From: Dehalococcoidia bacterium | GTDB lineage: Bacteria > Chloroflexota > Dehalococcoidia > Lucifugimonadales > G958296245 | Direction of reading: 5' to 3' | NCBI GenBank assembly: GCA_965262055.1 | Contig: CBDHEI010000001.1 | Span: 393,883-457,882, forward strand | Length of the DNA: 64,000 nucleotides | In this document: in pieces, positions 27,994-38,218 of the stretch | Layout of the letters: each line of letters begins with the position of its first letter | How positions within the stretch are numbered: position 1 is the stretch's first letter | The notes under the pieces: generated by a model | Databases searched by the model: none | What the model saw: only the letters and a program-made list of their open reading frames with translations | What the model was told of the DNA's origin: nothing | Position numbers and translations under genes: made by a program

Positions 27994-29741
27994 CCGGGAT
28001 TTCCCATATTGGGAGTCTTCAGGCTCAAGGGGCAGCCCAAACGAGATGTTAGCATCATAGTCAGGTCCTGCAAGGCCAGTCAATCGCCGGTCTATCCGAT
28101 AAGAGATGCGTTTGCAGTCGTAGAGCACCCTTCTTGTCCGTCTTCATCGTCCTCGTGTCCCCTGCCAGTGGGGTGAAAGCGCATTGAAGACAAGGCGACT
28201 CCCTGGAGCGCTCTCCCCCTCTTGGCAAGATCGTGGTGGCATCCTCCCTCAGCTTGGCGCCGGCGATAACCGGCCGATACGATCCAACACTCCCTGGAAC
28301 AACCGTCGAGGAACCGACACCTCGGACAACTGAAAGATCAACCACCGGGAGTGCCGCACCAGACGGCCTCCCATCTTGATCAGCTTGACCTGCACGCTCC
28401 GCAGCGACCAGTGCTTGACCGCCTTGGGCAGACACAGCCGGCGAAGGAAGTTCCCAAGGTTGTACGCCAGGACGAACAGAGACAGACGCACCCGGTTGGC
28501 CACGAACCGATGGCACGACAGCCGAGTCCAGTTCAGGGCGTACTTACCCTCCTTGATCCACTGCTCGGCTGTCCCGCGACCATTGTAGAATCGCACCACT
28601 CCTTCGGGGCCAGCCGTCATGTTCGTGACGATGAAGCCCACTCGGGGGAACAGCTCTCCCCTGTGCCACTCCACCTTGGCCACCACCCGCCGTGCCCGGT
28701 CCCAACTCCCGGCACGATACCAAAAGTCGTCGTATAGGATCACTGGACGCTTCGGCGGCCTCCCCACCGGCCTCCTGAGCAGAGGGGCGATCTCCCGTTG
28801 CAGCACCTCGTTGCCGGGGAGTCTTATAGCGTAAAGGACGTGCCGCTCCTCGAGGTACTCATAGATGTCCGGCTTAGCGAATGCGGCATCGGCGCGAAAG
28901 TACCGTCGCACTCCTGTCGCCCCGTAACGCGACAGGATCGGATCCAATACATCACGCCACCTGTGCGCGCTATGTACGTTCCCCGCACGCAGCTTGGCGC
29001 CCTCGCAGTCACCGAACTGGTTGAACACGAACAGAGGGTGACAGCACGTGCTCCCAAAGTGTCCGTTGTACGACGCTCCCTCCTGTTCTCCATGTACCGG
29101 ACTTTCCGAACTGTCCATGTCCAAGATCACCCGCCGGTGCGGCGTGCGGGACATAGCTCCATCCACCCACTTAGCGTTCAGTCGGCCCAACCCTTCCACG
29201 TTGCCGTCTTGGGTGAGCACCTCGGTCTCGAACCGGCTCATGGTGTTGGTGCTGGCGGCCGGTCTCTCAGGACCACCTCGCCGTCCAACGATGATCCGCA
29301 TCGTCGGGTCCTGGGCCAGCCGTTCAGCGTCGTTGGTATCCTCGTAGCCCGCCAGACGACTGTACACCGACTGCCTGAGAAGGCCCACCAATCGGTGCTG
29401 CACGTTGCGACCGCCCCGACTCTCCTGCAGACACTCATTCGTCGTCTCCGTCAGTCCCAGCGCATCATCCAGCTCGCGACAGGCCAACAGTCCGGCGTCT
29501 GAGGTAATAGTGGCACCGTGGAACTCCAACCGTACACGTCGGTCGAAACGGAGCTTGGCGCGGAGGTTTGTGCTTTCACCCATTGGGTGCCTCCAGAGTG
29601 GGTACGTTATCAAGATCTAAAGCAGTCTATCACGACCAGTCTAGCACTCATGATCACCACTGTGCTCTGCTATGCGGCTACATCGGGTAGTTCCGTTGCT
29701 GATTACGGCAAGCCCTGCAGGGTTGATATGGGAAATGTGGG
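27994..29741 (-). mobile_element. IS1380-family insertion sequence, copy 2 (complete)
   Basis: Imperfect terminal inverted repeats CCGGGATTTCCCATATT (27994) and GATATGGGAAATGTGGG (29725-29741); no target duplication seen. Confidence 0.88.
28249..29583 (-). CDS. IS1380-family DDE transposase
   Basis: 444 aa from ATG 29583; about 13 amino-acid differences from copy 1 by eye. Confidence 0.95.
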   Translation of the reverse strand: MGESTNLRAKLRFDRRVRLEFHGATITSDAGLLACRELDDALGLTETTNECLQESRGGRNVQHRLVGLLRQSVYSRLAGYEDTNDAERLAQDPTMRIIVGRRGGPERPAASTNTMSRFETEVLTQDGNVEGLGRLNAKWVDGAMSRTPHRRVILDMDSSESPVHGEQEGASYNGHFGSTCCHPLFVFNQFGDCEGAKLRAGNVHSAHRWRDVLDPILSRYGATGVRRYFRADAAFAKPDIYEYLEERHVLYAIRLPGNEVLQREIAPLLRRPVGRPPKRPVILYDDFWYRAGSWDRARRVVAKVEWHRGELFPRVGFIVTNMTAGPEGVVRFYNGRGTAEQWIKEGKYALNWTRLSCHRFVANRVRLSLFVLAYNLGNFLRRLCLPKAVKHWSLRSVQVKLIKMGGRLVRHSRWLIFQLSEVSVPRRLFQGVLDRIGRLSPAPS

Positions 29742-29774
29742 ATATAATCGCCCGCGACCGCCCGGAGCAGCCCA

Positions 29775-30929
29775 ATGAAAGTCGTAATCGCCCCCCAGAC
29801 GTTCAAAGGAAGCATCTCCGCCCTTGAGGTAGCCGCAGCCATCGCGGAGGGCGTCCGGCGGGTAGTCCCGGACGCCTACACCGACCTCGTGCCAGTCGCC
29901 GACGGCGGCGACGGGACCTTGGAGACGCTGGTCGAGGCGACTGGCGGCGAGGTCCACACGGCAGTAGTCACCGGCCCACTAGGCGACACCGTCGAGGCCG
30001 GCTGGGGAGCCCTGGGCGACGGCCGCACAGCGGTCATTGAGATGGCCCGCACCTCCGGGCTGGCCCTCGTCCCACCCGACAAGCGTAACCCCCTGGTAGC
30101 CACCACGTACGGTCTGGGCGAGATCATCGCACAGGCGCTGGACGCCGAGTTTCGCAGCTTTATAGTCGGAATAGGTGGTAGCGCCACCAACGACGCGGGA
30201 GCCGGTATGGCCCAGGCCCTGGGCGTCCGGCTGCTGGACTCCGATGGAAGCGACCTGGCGCCGGGAGGCGCCGCGCTCGCACAACTGGAGCGCATCGACA
30301 TGTCGGGGCTCGACCCAAGGGCGCAGGAGTCAACCTTCTCGGTTGCCTGCGATGTCAGCAACCCGCTGACCGGACCGGAGGGCGCGGCGGCGGTCTACGG
30401 CCCGCAGAAGGGGGCGACCCCGGAGATGGTCGCGCAACTCGACTCAGCGCTCTGCCACCTGGCCGATGTGGCGGGCCGTGACCTTGGCAAGTCGATCAGC
30501 GACGTAGCCGGGGCCGGGGCCGCCGGAGGCCTCGGAGGGGGCATGATCGCCTTCCTGGGAGGCACTCTGAGGGCAGGCGTGGACATCGTGCTGGACGCCG
30601 TTGACCTCCGCTCCCACCTGCAGGGCGCCGACCTGGTCATCACGGGAGAGGGGCAACTGGACTTCCAGACGGTGTACAACAAGGCGCCTATAGGGGTTGC
30701 CCGGCTGGCCAAGAAGCGTGGCATCCCTGTCATAGCGATATCCGGCTCGCTGGGGAAAGGCTTCACCGACGTCCACGAGCACGGGATCGACGCCGCGCTG
30801 GCCATAACCCCCGCCCCCATGACCCTGGAGGAGTCATCTCGCCGGGCACGAGAGCTTGCGGCTTCCGCGGCCGAGCAGGCCATGCGCCTGATATCGGTCG
30901 GACCCAGGGTCTTCTCGGCCAGCCGCTAG
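29775..30929 (+). CDS. glxK: Glycerate kinase (GlxK/GarK family)
   Basis: IAP..FKGS, PVADGG.GT, GIGGSATND, GPQKGA, GAGAAGG, TGEG..D.QT. Confidence 0.93.
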   Translation: MKVVIAPQTFKGSISALEVAAAIAEGVRRVVPDAYTDLVPVADGGDGTLETLVEATGGEVHTAVVTGPLGDTVEAGWGALGDGRTAVIEMARTSGLALVPPDKRNPLVATTYGLGEIIAQALDAEFRSFIVGIGGSATNDAGAGMAQALGVRLLDSDGSDLAPGGAALAQLERIDMSGLDPRAQESTFSVACDVSNPLTGPEGAAAVYGPQKGATPEMVAQLDSALCHLADVAGRDLGKSISDVAGAGAAGGLGGGMIAFLGGTLRAGVDIVLDAVDLRSHLQGADLVITGEGQLDFQTVYNKAPIGVARLAKKRGIPVIAISGSLGKGFTDVHEHGIDAALAITPAPMTLEESSRRARELAASAAEQAMRLISVGPRVFSASR

Positions 30930-31684
30930 GCCGGGTCCACCAGCAGCATGTGAACGTTCCCAGGCCCGTGCACGCCCTTGACTATGGTCTGCTCGATGTC
31001 GGCGGACCTGCTAGGGCCGGTCACGATGTTCATGTATCCGAGCGGACGCCCCTCGATGTGTCCGCGGCGCCGCAGCGTGAACAGCTCGTCGAGGCTCGGC
31101 AGCACCTGCCCTCTTTCCACGACAGCTACGTGTACCGGAGGCAGCAGCGCCACCACCCGGCTCACGCCGGTACGCGCCAACAGCACGCAGCTGCCCGTCT
31201 CTGCGATCGCGTAGTCCACCCCGGTAACCCCGAGGTCGGCGTGGATGGCCGCCTCACGCACCGCCTTCCGCTCATGCGCCCTTTCGTCGTCGGCGCTGGC
31301 TGAGGTGTCCATGACCGTGACCTCGGCTCCCGCCGAGGCCAGCGCCTCCTCCACGCGCATGCGCTCCATCACCTCGTGCCTGGACCGTACCGCCGAACGC
31401 GCGCCCAGCTCTCTGGCCAGCGTTTCGACGTAGTCGGACGCCTCCGCGAGAGAGGCGAGCCGGGCGACGGTCCAGCCGGCAGCTTCCGCAGTGCGCTCCA
31501 GCTCGTCGAGCAGCGGGCCCGCAAGCTCGGCGGCATTCTCCAGGGCCGTCTCTGCCCTCACGCGTACCGCGTCATCGTCCTGCGCCGCCTCACCGGGCAT
31601 CCGGGGCGCGTCCGTGCGCTCGCCGCCCAGGGCACGGCGAATGGTATCGAAGAAGGCTTCCCGTCCGGCGCCGTCCTGGCTCAC
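30926..31684 (-). CDS. LUD-domain (LutC/YkgG-like) protein
   Basis: AIAETGS, LLPPVHVAV, TGPSRSADIE, GVHGP. Confidence 0.9.
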   Translation of the reverse strand: MSQDGAGREAFFDTIRRALGGERTDAPRMPGEAAQDDDAVRVRAETALENAAELAGPLLDELERTAEAAGWTVARLASLAEASDYVETLARELGARSAVRSRHEVMERMRVEEALASAGAEVTVMDTSASADDERAHERKAVREAAIHADLGVTGVDYAIAETGSCVLLARTGVSRVVALLPPVHVAVVERGQVLPSLDELFTLRRRGHIEGRPLGYMNIVTGPSRSADIEQTIVKGVHGPGNVHMLLVDPA

Positions 31685-31693
31685 AGGGGCGTC

Positions 31694-32056
31694 TCAATCG
31701 GTGATGTCATCAATCACCAGCACACCGTCTTCATCGTGGTACTTTACCGTGACCGGCTCCCCCAGGACCATGTGCTCCCTGAGATGGGACGGCGTGAAGT
31801 CGCCAGGGTCGCTGTAGCCTCGCGCCTCGAATTTCCACCGCTTGCCATCTCCATCCATGATCTCTGCCGACGTGAGCTCCAGCAACGACTCGGACTGAAC
31901 GTCCACCAAGTGGCCGCGGATCGCCCCGGACTGGCTCCCGCATGCTCCCAGCGTGAGAAGCAACGCGACCGCGATCGCGGCTACTACGGGAAGTCGCCAC
32001 GGGCTGCCCCACCGACGCACCGACCAGGACGCGCACCTCATCATCGTGCCGGGCAA
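31694..32056 (-). CDS. Small hypothetical lipoprotein (start uncertain)
   Basis: Hydrophobic stretch with LGAC; beta-rich body containing HLREHM. Confidence 0.65.
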   Translation of the reverse strand: MPGTMMRCASWSVRRWGSPWRLPVVAAIAVALLLTLGACGSQSGAIRGHLVDVQSESLLELTSAEIMDGDGKRWKFEARGYSDPGDFTPSHLREHMVLGEPVTVKYHDEDGVLVIDDITD

Positions 32057-32207
32057 TTATAGCGCAGCGCGCCTGGCGGCACGGCCTTCCAGGCGGATTC
32101 GTAAGCAAAACTGAAACTTTCTCAACTTTTGGACAAAAAGAGAACCGACTTCTGATTGACCGCCAGATTGTGCGTTGTATAGCTTGGTTCTCAAGTGGAG
32201 GTGGAGA

Positions 32208-34472
32208 ATGACCAGACTGGGTGTTTTCCTAACAGTCGCCGCCGTCGCGGCTTTCTTTTTCGTGAACGTTGAGGTGTCCGAAGCCGAGAGTGTCGGTGCT
32301 CGGCAGATGGCCGTGGTGATCGCCGACAGGGACGCGATCCGCGCTTCTGAGGACAGCGGGTACCTGTTCGAGTCCCTCTTCGGGCTGCTAACAACGCTGC
32401 GCCCAGAGGACCGGATGGCCTTCGTGCCCGTGCAGGAGCCTGAGGATGTCGTTGGGCCCGTGGGAGGCGCTGAGGCCGATTTACGCCTCATGATCGCGGA
32501 CATCGATAGCATAATGGCCGGCACGCCGCTGGAGCCTGCGTCTCTTGTAGACGCAATGGTAGAGGCCAGCTCGGTCATGGGCGACGAACGGGCCCTGTCG
32601 GGTTCCGACGTATACTTGATTGTCGCCGACGATGCGCGTGTAGCGCTCGACAGGCAGCATTCCAACCTCGCCCCTCTGCTTTCGCGGTTCCAGGAGAACG
32701 GCTGGCGTGTCAACGGGATCATGCTCCCTGAAACTACCAGCAGTGTTAAGCAGTTCCTTGGAAAGATGGCCGAGGATAGCGGCGGGAGTGTCTACGACCT
32801 CTCTGCGGAAGGCGGTCTCACCGAGCTTGGCCAGGCAATCCTGAGCGAGGACCTCAGGGGCAGCCTGTCGCAACTCGGCCAGCGCGATCTGTACCCTTCC
32901 GAAGTGATGACGACAGCCGTCGACGTCTCGCCTGGCACCGAAGAGACTACCGTGATAATCGTCAAGGAGACCCCGGATGGGTCTCTGCGGATCAGCAATC
33001 CCGACGGACTGGATTCTTCGCAGGGAGACAGGTCGTCCTCCAGGGTTATCGAAACGCCCCACGTGGTGGCGTGGAAGCTGACAGACCCGGCAGTGGGTTC
33101 CTGGATGGTAGATATCGGCGGCGTAGAGGGCCGTGTCTCGGTGTGGAGCCACTCTACAAACCGGTACAGTCTCGTGCTTGGGAATAGCGAACCGATCCCT
33201 ACCGGCCAGCCCGCGACGATCTCGGCGTACATAACGGAGGACGGTCGTCCGGTCAAGCTGCATGGCATCACGGTGGTCGCCAGACTGACGACTCCAGACG
33301 GAGCCAATCTCGCGTACACGATGAACGATAACGGCGAGAACGGGGACGTCGTCTCCGGCGACGGCTACTATTCGGTAGGGTTAGGCCCGCTGCAGAGCAT
33401 CGGGGAATACGAGACCGTACTGGAGATGTGGTGGCCCGATCACACCTACATGGTAAGCTCGGGCTCCAGCTTCACTACGTCCGCGTTCCCGGCCATCAGG
33501 GTAGAGCCTGGGAAGCTCAATGAGCTCGAGTCCGGCGTGCGAGCGCTTGTCGCCACCGTTTACGTCCACGTCCAGGGCGAGCCTTACGCGATTCAGAGCG
33601 AGCAGCTCACGGCATCCATAGGCACACCGTTCGAGCAGGGACGGCGGGCAGCTCTGGGTCAAGGAAAAGTCGCCCAAGGGACCGAAGGACAGTCCCTGCC
33701 CACGCCGACCTCCGCGCCGGAAGGGTTCGGTCTACTCGAGGTGGAGCCTCAGCGGCTGTTCGGTGACGGGCCTGCCTGGGAGTACCAGGTCTACTACACG
33801 CCCAGCAGCGAAGGAAGGCGTGACCTGTTCTTCGACCTCGATCTAGAATACTCGGGGGTGCGGTACGCGCACTCGTCGAAGGCGTTGAGGCTGACCTCGC
33901 TGGCTCCAGTGGTGCCCGAGGCGGCTCCAGTCGTGCCCGAGGTGGCCCCGGTGGCGCCCGTAGCGGCAGAAATCTCGCCGCCAGCGGTGCCGGTAACCGT
34001 GCCTGTGACGATCTCGCCCACACCCGCGACCGTGGTAGCCGAGACTCAATCGATGGCGGTGTGGCCGGTGGTCGTGGCGCTCGTGCTAATCATTGCCGTG
34101 ATAGCGACCGTCCTAGCCTACCTGCTGACGCAGGCACGGCCTCGCGGCTACCTGTACAACGACCTCAACGAGCCAATCGTCGACTTCTCGAAGCTGAAGA
34201 GGGGGCCGGCCGTGGCGTTGTTCCTCAAGAACCTCGTCCCCGGGAAGGACCTCAACGTACCGGAGTTGAGCGGGCTGGTCTTCATGTTCACGCGATCGGG
34301 GGTGAAGCTGCGGTCCGCAGGCGAGCACCCGACGGTGAGGGTCAACAACCAACCGCTGATCAACGAGGCCGAGATCGACGACCAGACGTGGATCGGCAGC
34401 GGCGGCAAGCTCTTCACGTTCATGTTGTCGCCGGCGCAGGACCAGAACCCTCTCCCAATGCCCGCGGAGTGA
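32208..34472 (+). CDS. Membrane-anchored protein: signal peptide, vWA-like domain, Ig-like/choice-of-anchor-X-like region, Pro/Val linker, TM helix, FHA-like tail
   Basis: NDNGENGDVVSGDGYYS motif, TM VWPVVVALVLIIAVIATVLAYLL, tail TVRVNNQPL...I.....I.SGG..F.F. Confidence 0.7.
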   Translation: MTRLGVFLTVAAVAAFFFVNVEVSEAESVGARQMAVVIADRDAIRASEDSGYLFESLFGLLTTLRPEDRMAFVPVQEPEDVVGPVGGAEADLRLMIADIDSIMAGTPLEPASLVDAMVEASSVMGDERALSGSDVYLIVADDARVALDRQHSNLAPLLSRFQENGWRVNGIMLPETTSSVKQFLGKMAEDSGGSVYDLSAEGGLTELGQAILSEDLRGSLSQLGQRDLYPSEVMTTAVDVSPGTEETTVIIVKETPDGSLRISNPDGLDSSQGDRSSSRVIETPHVVAWKLTDPAVGSWMVDIGGVEGRVSVWSHSTNRYSLVLGNSEPIPTGQPATISAYITEDGRPVKLHGITVVARLTTPDGANLAYTMNDNGENGDVVSGDGYYSVGLGPLQSIGEYETVLEMWWPDHTYMVSSGSSFTTSAFPAIRVEPGKLNELESGVRALVATVYVHVQGEPYAIQSEQLTASIGTPFEQGRRAALGQGKVAQGTEGQSLPTPTSAPEGFGLLEVEPQRLFGDGPAWEYQVYYTPSSEGRRDLFFDLDLEYSGVRYAHSSKALRLTSLAPVVPEAAPVVPEVAPVAPVAAEISPPAVPVTVPVTISPTPATVVAETQSMAVWPVVVALVLIIAVIATVLAYLLTQARPRGYLYNDLNEPIVDFSKLKRGPAVALFLKNLVPGKDLNVPELSGLVFMFTRSGVKLRSAGEHPTVRVNNQPLINEAEIDDQTWIGSGGKLFTFMLSPAQDQNPLPMPAE

Positions 34473-34506
34473 TTGCTGAGGGATAAGGCGAGGAAGACCC
34501 TATGAA

Positions 34507-34538
34507 AAGAGGGGCGGGGCATAGTCCCCGCCCCTCTT
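34507..34538 (+). terminator. 13-bp stem-loop after the vWA-like gene
   Basis: AAGAGGGGCGGGG-catagt-CCCCGCCCCTCTT. Confidence 0.7.
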
Positions 34539-34587
34539 ACGTTCCAAGTGAAAGGGCCGAAACGGACCCTGGGAGGAGGCCGCATTG

Positions 34588-35781
34588 ATGGCCGAGCGCA
34601 AGAAGGTCGCAGCAATCGTAACAACCTACTTTCCCCATTCCCACGCCGACCTGATAGTGTCCAAGTTCGCCGCCGGCTTCCCCACCCACGACGGCCTCGT
34701 CGAGCCCTCGGTCGACCTCGTCTCGATGTACATGGACCAGCTCCACCCCGCCGACGTGGGCATGGAGCTTGCACGGGAGCACGGCGTCGAGGTCTATCCC
34801 AGCATACGCGGCGCCCTCACCCTGACGCCCCCCAGCGCCACCGGCCACTGGCCCACGGCCTCCGACTGGAAGGTAGGAGATCTGGCCGTGGACGGGGTGC
34901 TGATCATCGCCGAGCACGGCGACTACTGCGGCAACGAGCGCGGCCGGCAGATGTACCCGCGCAGGTACTTCTTCGAGCAGGTCTGCGGCGTCCTGGCAGC
35001 GTCGGACCGGGCCGTGCCCATCTTCAACGACAAGCACCTTGCCTACAGCTGGGCCGACTGCGTGTGGATGTACGAGAGGGCGAGAGAGCTAGGCGCCCCC
35101 TTCAAGGCGGGGTCTTCAATTCCGGTCATCGAACGTATACCGGAGTTGGAGCACGAAGCCGGAACGCACATCGAGGAGGCGCTGTCACTGGGCTACTTCC
35201 ACTCTTACGTCAACGGGCTGGACTCCTACGGGTTCCACGGGCTGGAGGGCCTGCAGTGCATGGTGGAGCGCCGCCAGGGCGGCGAGACCGGGATCAGTGC
35301 CGTCCAGTGCCTCGAGGGCGACGCGGTTTGGGAAGCTGCGCAGGAGGGGCTGTGGCCCCGCGAGCTTGCCGAAGCTGCGGAAGCACATATCCGACAGAGG
35401 GACCCTGGGAGCATGGAGGAGAATTGCGTGAACCCCGCGGTCTTCCTGCTGGAGTACTCCAACGGGCTCCGCGCCTCAACGCTGATGCTGGACAGGCACC
35501 TGAAGGGGTTTGGCTACGCGGCCCGGGTGGGCGGCGAGGTGGTGAGCACCGGGTACCAGACAGACGAGAGGCACCTGCCGTTCAGCTACCAGGGGCTCAA
35601 CATCCAGGAGATGTTCCTGACGGGCTGCCCCCAGTACCCCGTGGAGCGGACGCTGCTGGTGAGCGGCGCCCTCGACGCACTCATGGAGTCCCGCTACCTC
35701 GGCCACGTCCGAATTGAAACTCCCCACCTCCGGGTGGCCTACAGCCCCCCTGAGAAGCCACCGATGCGGCCGGGCGTGTAG
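34588..35781 (+). CDS. Conserved hypothetical protein, distant Gfo/Idh/MocA-like fold
   Basis: SHAD.I, VDGVLIIAEHGDY, FNDKHL, AGSS, YGFHGLE..QCMVERR, YPVERTLL. Confidence 0.75.
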   Translation: MAERKKVAAIVTTYFPHSHADLIVSKFAAGFPTHDGLVEPSVDLVSMYMDQLHPADVGMELAREHGVEVYPSIRGALTLTPPSATGHWPTASDWKVGDLAVDGVLIIAEHGDYCGNERGRQMYPRRYFFEQVCGVLAASDRAVPIFNDKHLAYSWADCVWMYERARELGAPFKAGSSIPVIERIPELEHEAGTHIEEALSLGYFHSYVNGLDSYGFHGLEGLQCMVERRQGGETGISAVQCLEGDAVWEAAQEGLWPRELAEAAEAHIRQRDPGSMEENCVNPAVFLLEYSNGLRASTLMLDRHLKGFGYAARVGGEVVSTGYQTDERHLPFSYQGLNIQEMFLTGCPQYPVERTLLVSGALDALMESRYLGHVRIETPHLRVAYSPPEKPPMRPGV

Positions 35782-37017
35782 CTACCCGACGATATCCCTG
35801 AAGACCCTGAGGTAGTTCAGGCCGAGCAGCTTCCGGAGCTCCTCTTCATTGTAGCCGCGCTCGGCCAGCTTCAGTGTGATGTTGGGCCAGTCGGAGAACT
35901 GGTCGAAGCCGTCGATCCGGTGGTCCTGGCTCAGCCTGTGCTCGGGCCGGAAGCCCGACCAGTTGAACCCCTGGGGCTTGCTCCTTGGGTCCGGGTCCTC
36001 TTTGTACATGTGCGACTGGTCGAACGGGCCCAGCTCGTCGGGGAAGAGGACGTTGGACTCGGTGCCCGGCCCGGGGCCGCACTTGTCGCATCCGATTCCG
36101 ACGTGGTCAATTCCCATAACGTCAACGAGGTGGTCGACGTGGTCGGCGAAGTGGTCCAGCGTCGCCTCCGTCGTCTCGGAGAGGAAACCTCCGATGGCGG
36201 CGAGGCCGAAGTAGCCGCCCTGGTCGGCTATGGCCCTGGCGAGGTCGTCGTCCTTGCCGCGGTCGTGGTAGCAGACGCCGTTGCTGGCCGAGTGGGTGAC
36301 GATGACCGGCGACGAGGAGGCCTCGATGGCGTCCCAGCCCACCTGCTGGCTGCAGTGGCTAACGTCCACGGCCATTCCAAGCTCGTTCAGGCGCTCCACC
36401 ACCTCCAAGCCGAAGTAGGTCAGGCCGGTCTTGTAGCGCTCTGTGCAGCCGTCCCCGACCAGGTTCCGCAGGTTGTAGGTGAGCTGTACGACGCGGAGGC
36501 CCAGATTCCTGAACAACTCGATCCTGTCCAGGTCGCTGCCGAAGGGCGTCGTGTCCTGGAAGTCGAATATGACGCCGCGCTTGCCGTCGGCATAAGCGCG
36601 TTCTATGTCATCAGCCGTCAGGACGAGGCGCACCTCGTCCCGTAGGGCGTCGATCATGGCGCGGGCCTGGGTCATCACCTTGAGCGAGGTCTCAAACGCG
36701 ATGTTCGGGGAGATTGGCCCGGCGTAGGTTGCGCTCGCGACATCGACGCCCGACTTCTCCCAGACGGCCATGTACTCACGGCGGGCGTCGGCAGACGTCT
36801 GGACCTCCTGTACGGCCATGTCCCGGAGGCGTTGGGCGATCTCGCCCCTGGACAGTTTGCCTTCGCGCACGTACTCGTCCAAGGCGGCCTTCATGTTGTC
36901 GTTGAAGAGCATGCCGCTGGTGGCGCCGGGCTGCTGGCTGTCGATCACCAACGCCTCTTCGTGAAGGCGGCGGGCCTCGTCAGGGGTCAGAGCCGGGCCT
37001 CTTCGTGTGGTAGCCAT
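35782..37017 (-). CDS. Membrane dipeptidase (M19) family protein
   Basis: GLRVVQLTYN, GLT.FG..VV..LN.LG..VD.SH, THS, GIDHVGIG, LGLNYLRV. Confidence 0.88.
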   Translation of the reverse strand: MATTRRGPALTPDEARRLHEEALVIDSQQPGATSGMLFNDNMKAALDEYVREGKLSRGEIAQRLRDMAVQEVQTSADARREYMAVWEKSGVDVASATYAGPISPNIAFETSLKVMTQARAMIDALRDEVRLVLTADDIERAYADGKRGVIFDFQDTTPFGSDLDRIELFRNLGLRVVQLTYNLRNLVGDGCTERYKTGLTYFGLEVVERLNELGMAVDVSHCSQQVGWDAIEASSSPVIVTHSASNGVCYHDRGKDDDLARAIADQGGYFGLAAIGGFLSETTEATLDHFADHVDHLVDVMGIDHVGIGCDKCGPGPGTESNVLFPDELGPFDQSHMYKEDPDPRSKPQGFNWSGFRPEHRLSQDHRIDGFDQFSDWPNITLKLAERGYNEEELRKLLGLNYLRVFRDIVG

Positions 37018-37088
37018 CCGATTCTCCTCGTCAGGATCAAAATTCGCAGGACTAATAGACTACCAGAATCGGGCAGTTCCGACGGGTC

Positions 37089-38012
37089 CTACGGCACGGG
37101 CCAGCCGACTCCGCGCAGCACGGCCCTGAGCTCATCCATCTCGTCGTCAGTCATCGGGCCGGACGGGGGCCTTGAGGCCCCGCATGGCCGGCCCATTGCG
37201 GCCATCATGCCCTTCTTCACGACGCCCTGCCCACCCGTCCGCTCGCCGACCTTGCGGAATATCTCGTCGAGCGGGTTGTTCACCGAGTCGAGAAGCTCCT
37301 GGGCCTCGTCCCAGCGTTCGGCCTCGAGGAGGTCCAGCACCTTGAGATCGTGGGGAGGGTATATGTCGACAGTGTGGTTGATATATCCGTGGCCGCCGAG
37401 CTTGTAGCACCTTACCGCGCCGCTCCCGTTGTTGATGATGTTGAACCTATCCTTCAGCTCGAAGATGTCCTCGTAGTCGCCAACCACCGGACTCCACTTG
37501 ACGCCGGCCACGTTCTCGAAGTCGGTCATGCGGCGGTAGGTGTCCATGTAGATGGGGCAGTTCATGCCCCGGGTGACGTAGACGAGGATCCCGATGTCTA
37601 TGGCGTCGGAGAGGTCGCTGTAGTAGGCGAGGATATCGTCCTGCGTGGGGAGGTTGAAAATGGGCGGGCTAACCTGGAGGCCGTGTGCCCCAAGGTCCTG
37701 GGCGCGCCTGGCGTCTTCGATGGTGCGCTTGGTGTCCTTGTAGTGCAGTCCGCACACGATGGCCGCCTTATCGTCGGCAGCCTGGACCACCGTGCGGAGC
37801 AGCATGGCCCACTCGTCATCCTTCAGCATCGGCCCTTCGCCCATCGCCGCGGCGACCTTGATCACGGACCTGCCCTTGACCAACCCACTCTCTACCCACC
37901 ACTCGGTCAGCTCGGCCATCAGGCCGTGGTCCACCTCGAAGTCGTCGTCGAACGGCGTCGGCACCGTGGCGATCGGGCCAACGAGCAGGCTCCTGCTCTC
38001 TTCTCGGTCCAT
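37089..38012 (-). CDS. Dihydrodipicolinate-synthase-family aldolase/lyase
   Basis: TPF, MGE, ILVY, VAGVKWS (Schiff-base Lys), G.SRPP. Confidence 0.88.
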   Translation of the reverse strand: MDREESRSLLVGPIATVPTPFDDDFEVDHGLMAELTEWWVESGLVKGRSVIKVAAAMGEGPMLKDDEWAMLLRTVVQAADDKAAIVCGLHYKDTKRTIEDARRAQDLGAHGLQVSPPIFNLPTQDDILAYYSDLSDAIDIGILVYVTRGMNCPIYMDTYRRMTDFENVAGVKWSPVVGDYEDIFELKDRFNIINNGSGAVRCYKLGGHGYINHTVDIYPPHDLKVLDLLEAERWDEAQELLDSVNNPLDEIFRKVGERTGGQGVVKKGMMAAMGRPCGASRPPSGPMTDDEMDELRAVLRGVGWPVP

Positions 38013-38103
38013 CGTAGTTACCTCCCTCACGCACTTAGCGGCGGAAGAATTCTTCCAGACCTTCATTAGCATCCCTTCCTAACCAGGAAGGAGAGAATCT
38101 ATA

Positions 38104-38182
38104 TCTGAGGGACAGCCCTTCGAACGACTCAGGGCAGACTCTCAGACTCCCGGCAAAGGGGCTCCGCCCCTCTGCACACTCC
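38104..38182. repeat. Composite intergenic palindromic element
   Basis: TCTGAG..CTCAGA stem interrupted by CCCTTCGAACGACTCAGGGCAG, followed by a GGGGCTCCGCCCC hairpin. Confidence 0.55.
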
Positions 38183-38218
38183 GTTTGTTAGCATGGTGCT
38201 AGACGGGCTTGTTCTACT

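Noticed and set aside
29723-29748. IS-created hybrid promoter for the glycerate kinase gene (TTGATA ... TATAAT)
   Set aside because: The spacer is only 14 nt; the -10 may be real but this -35 pairing is not supported.
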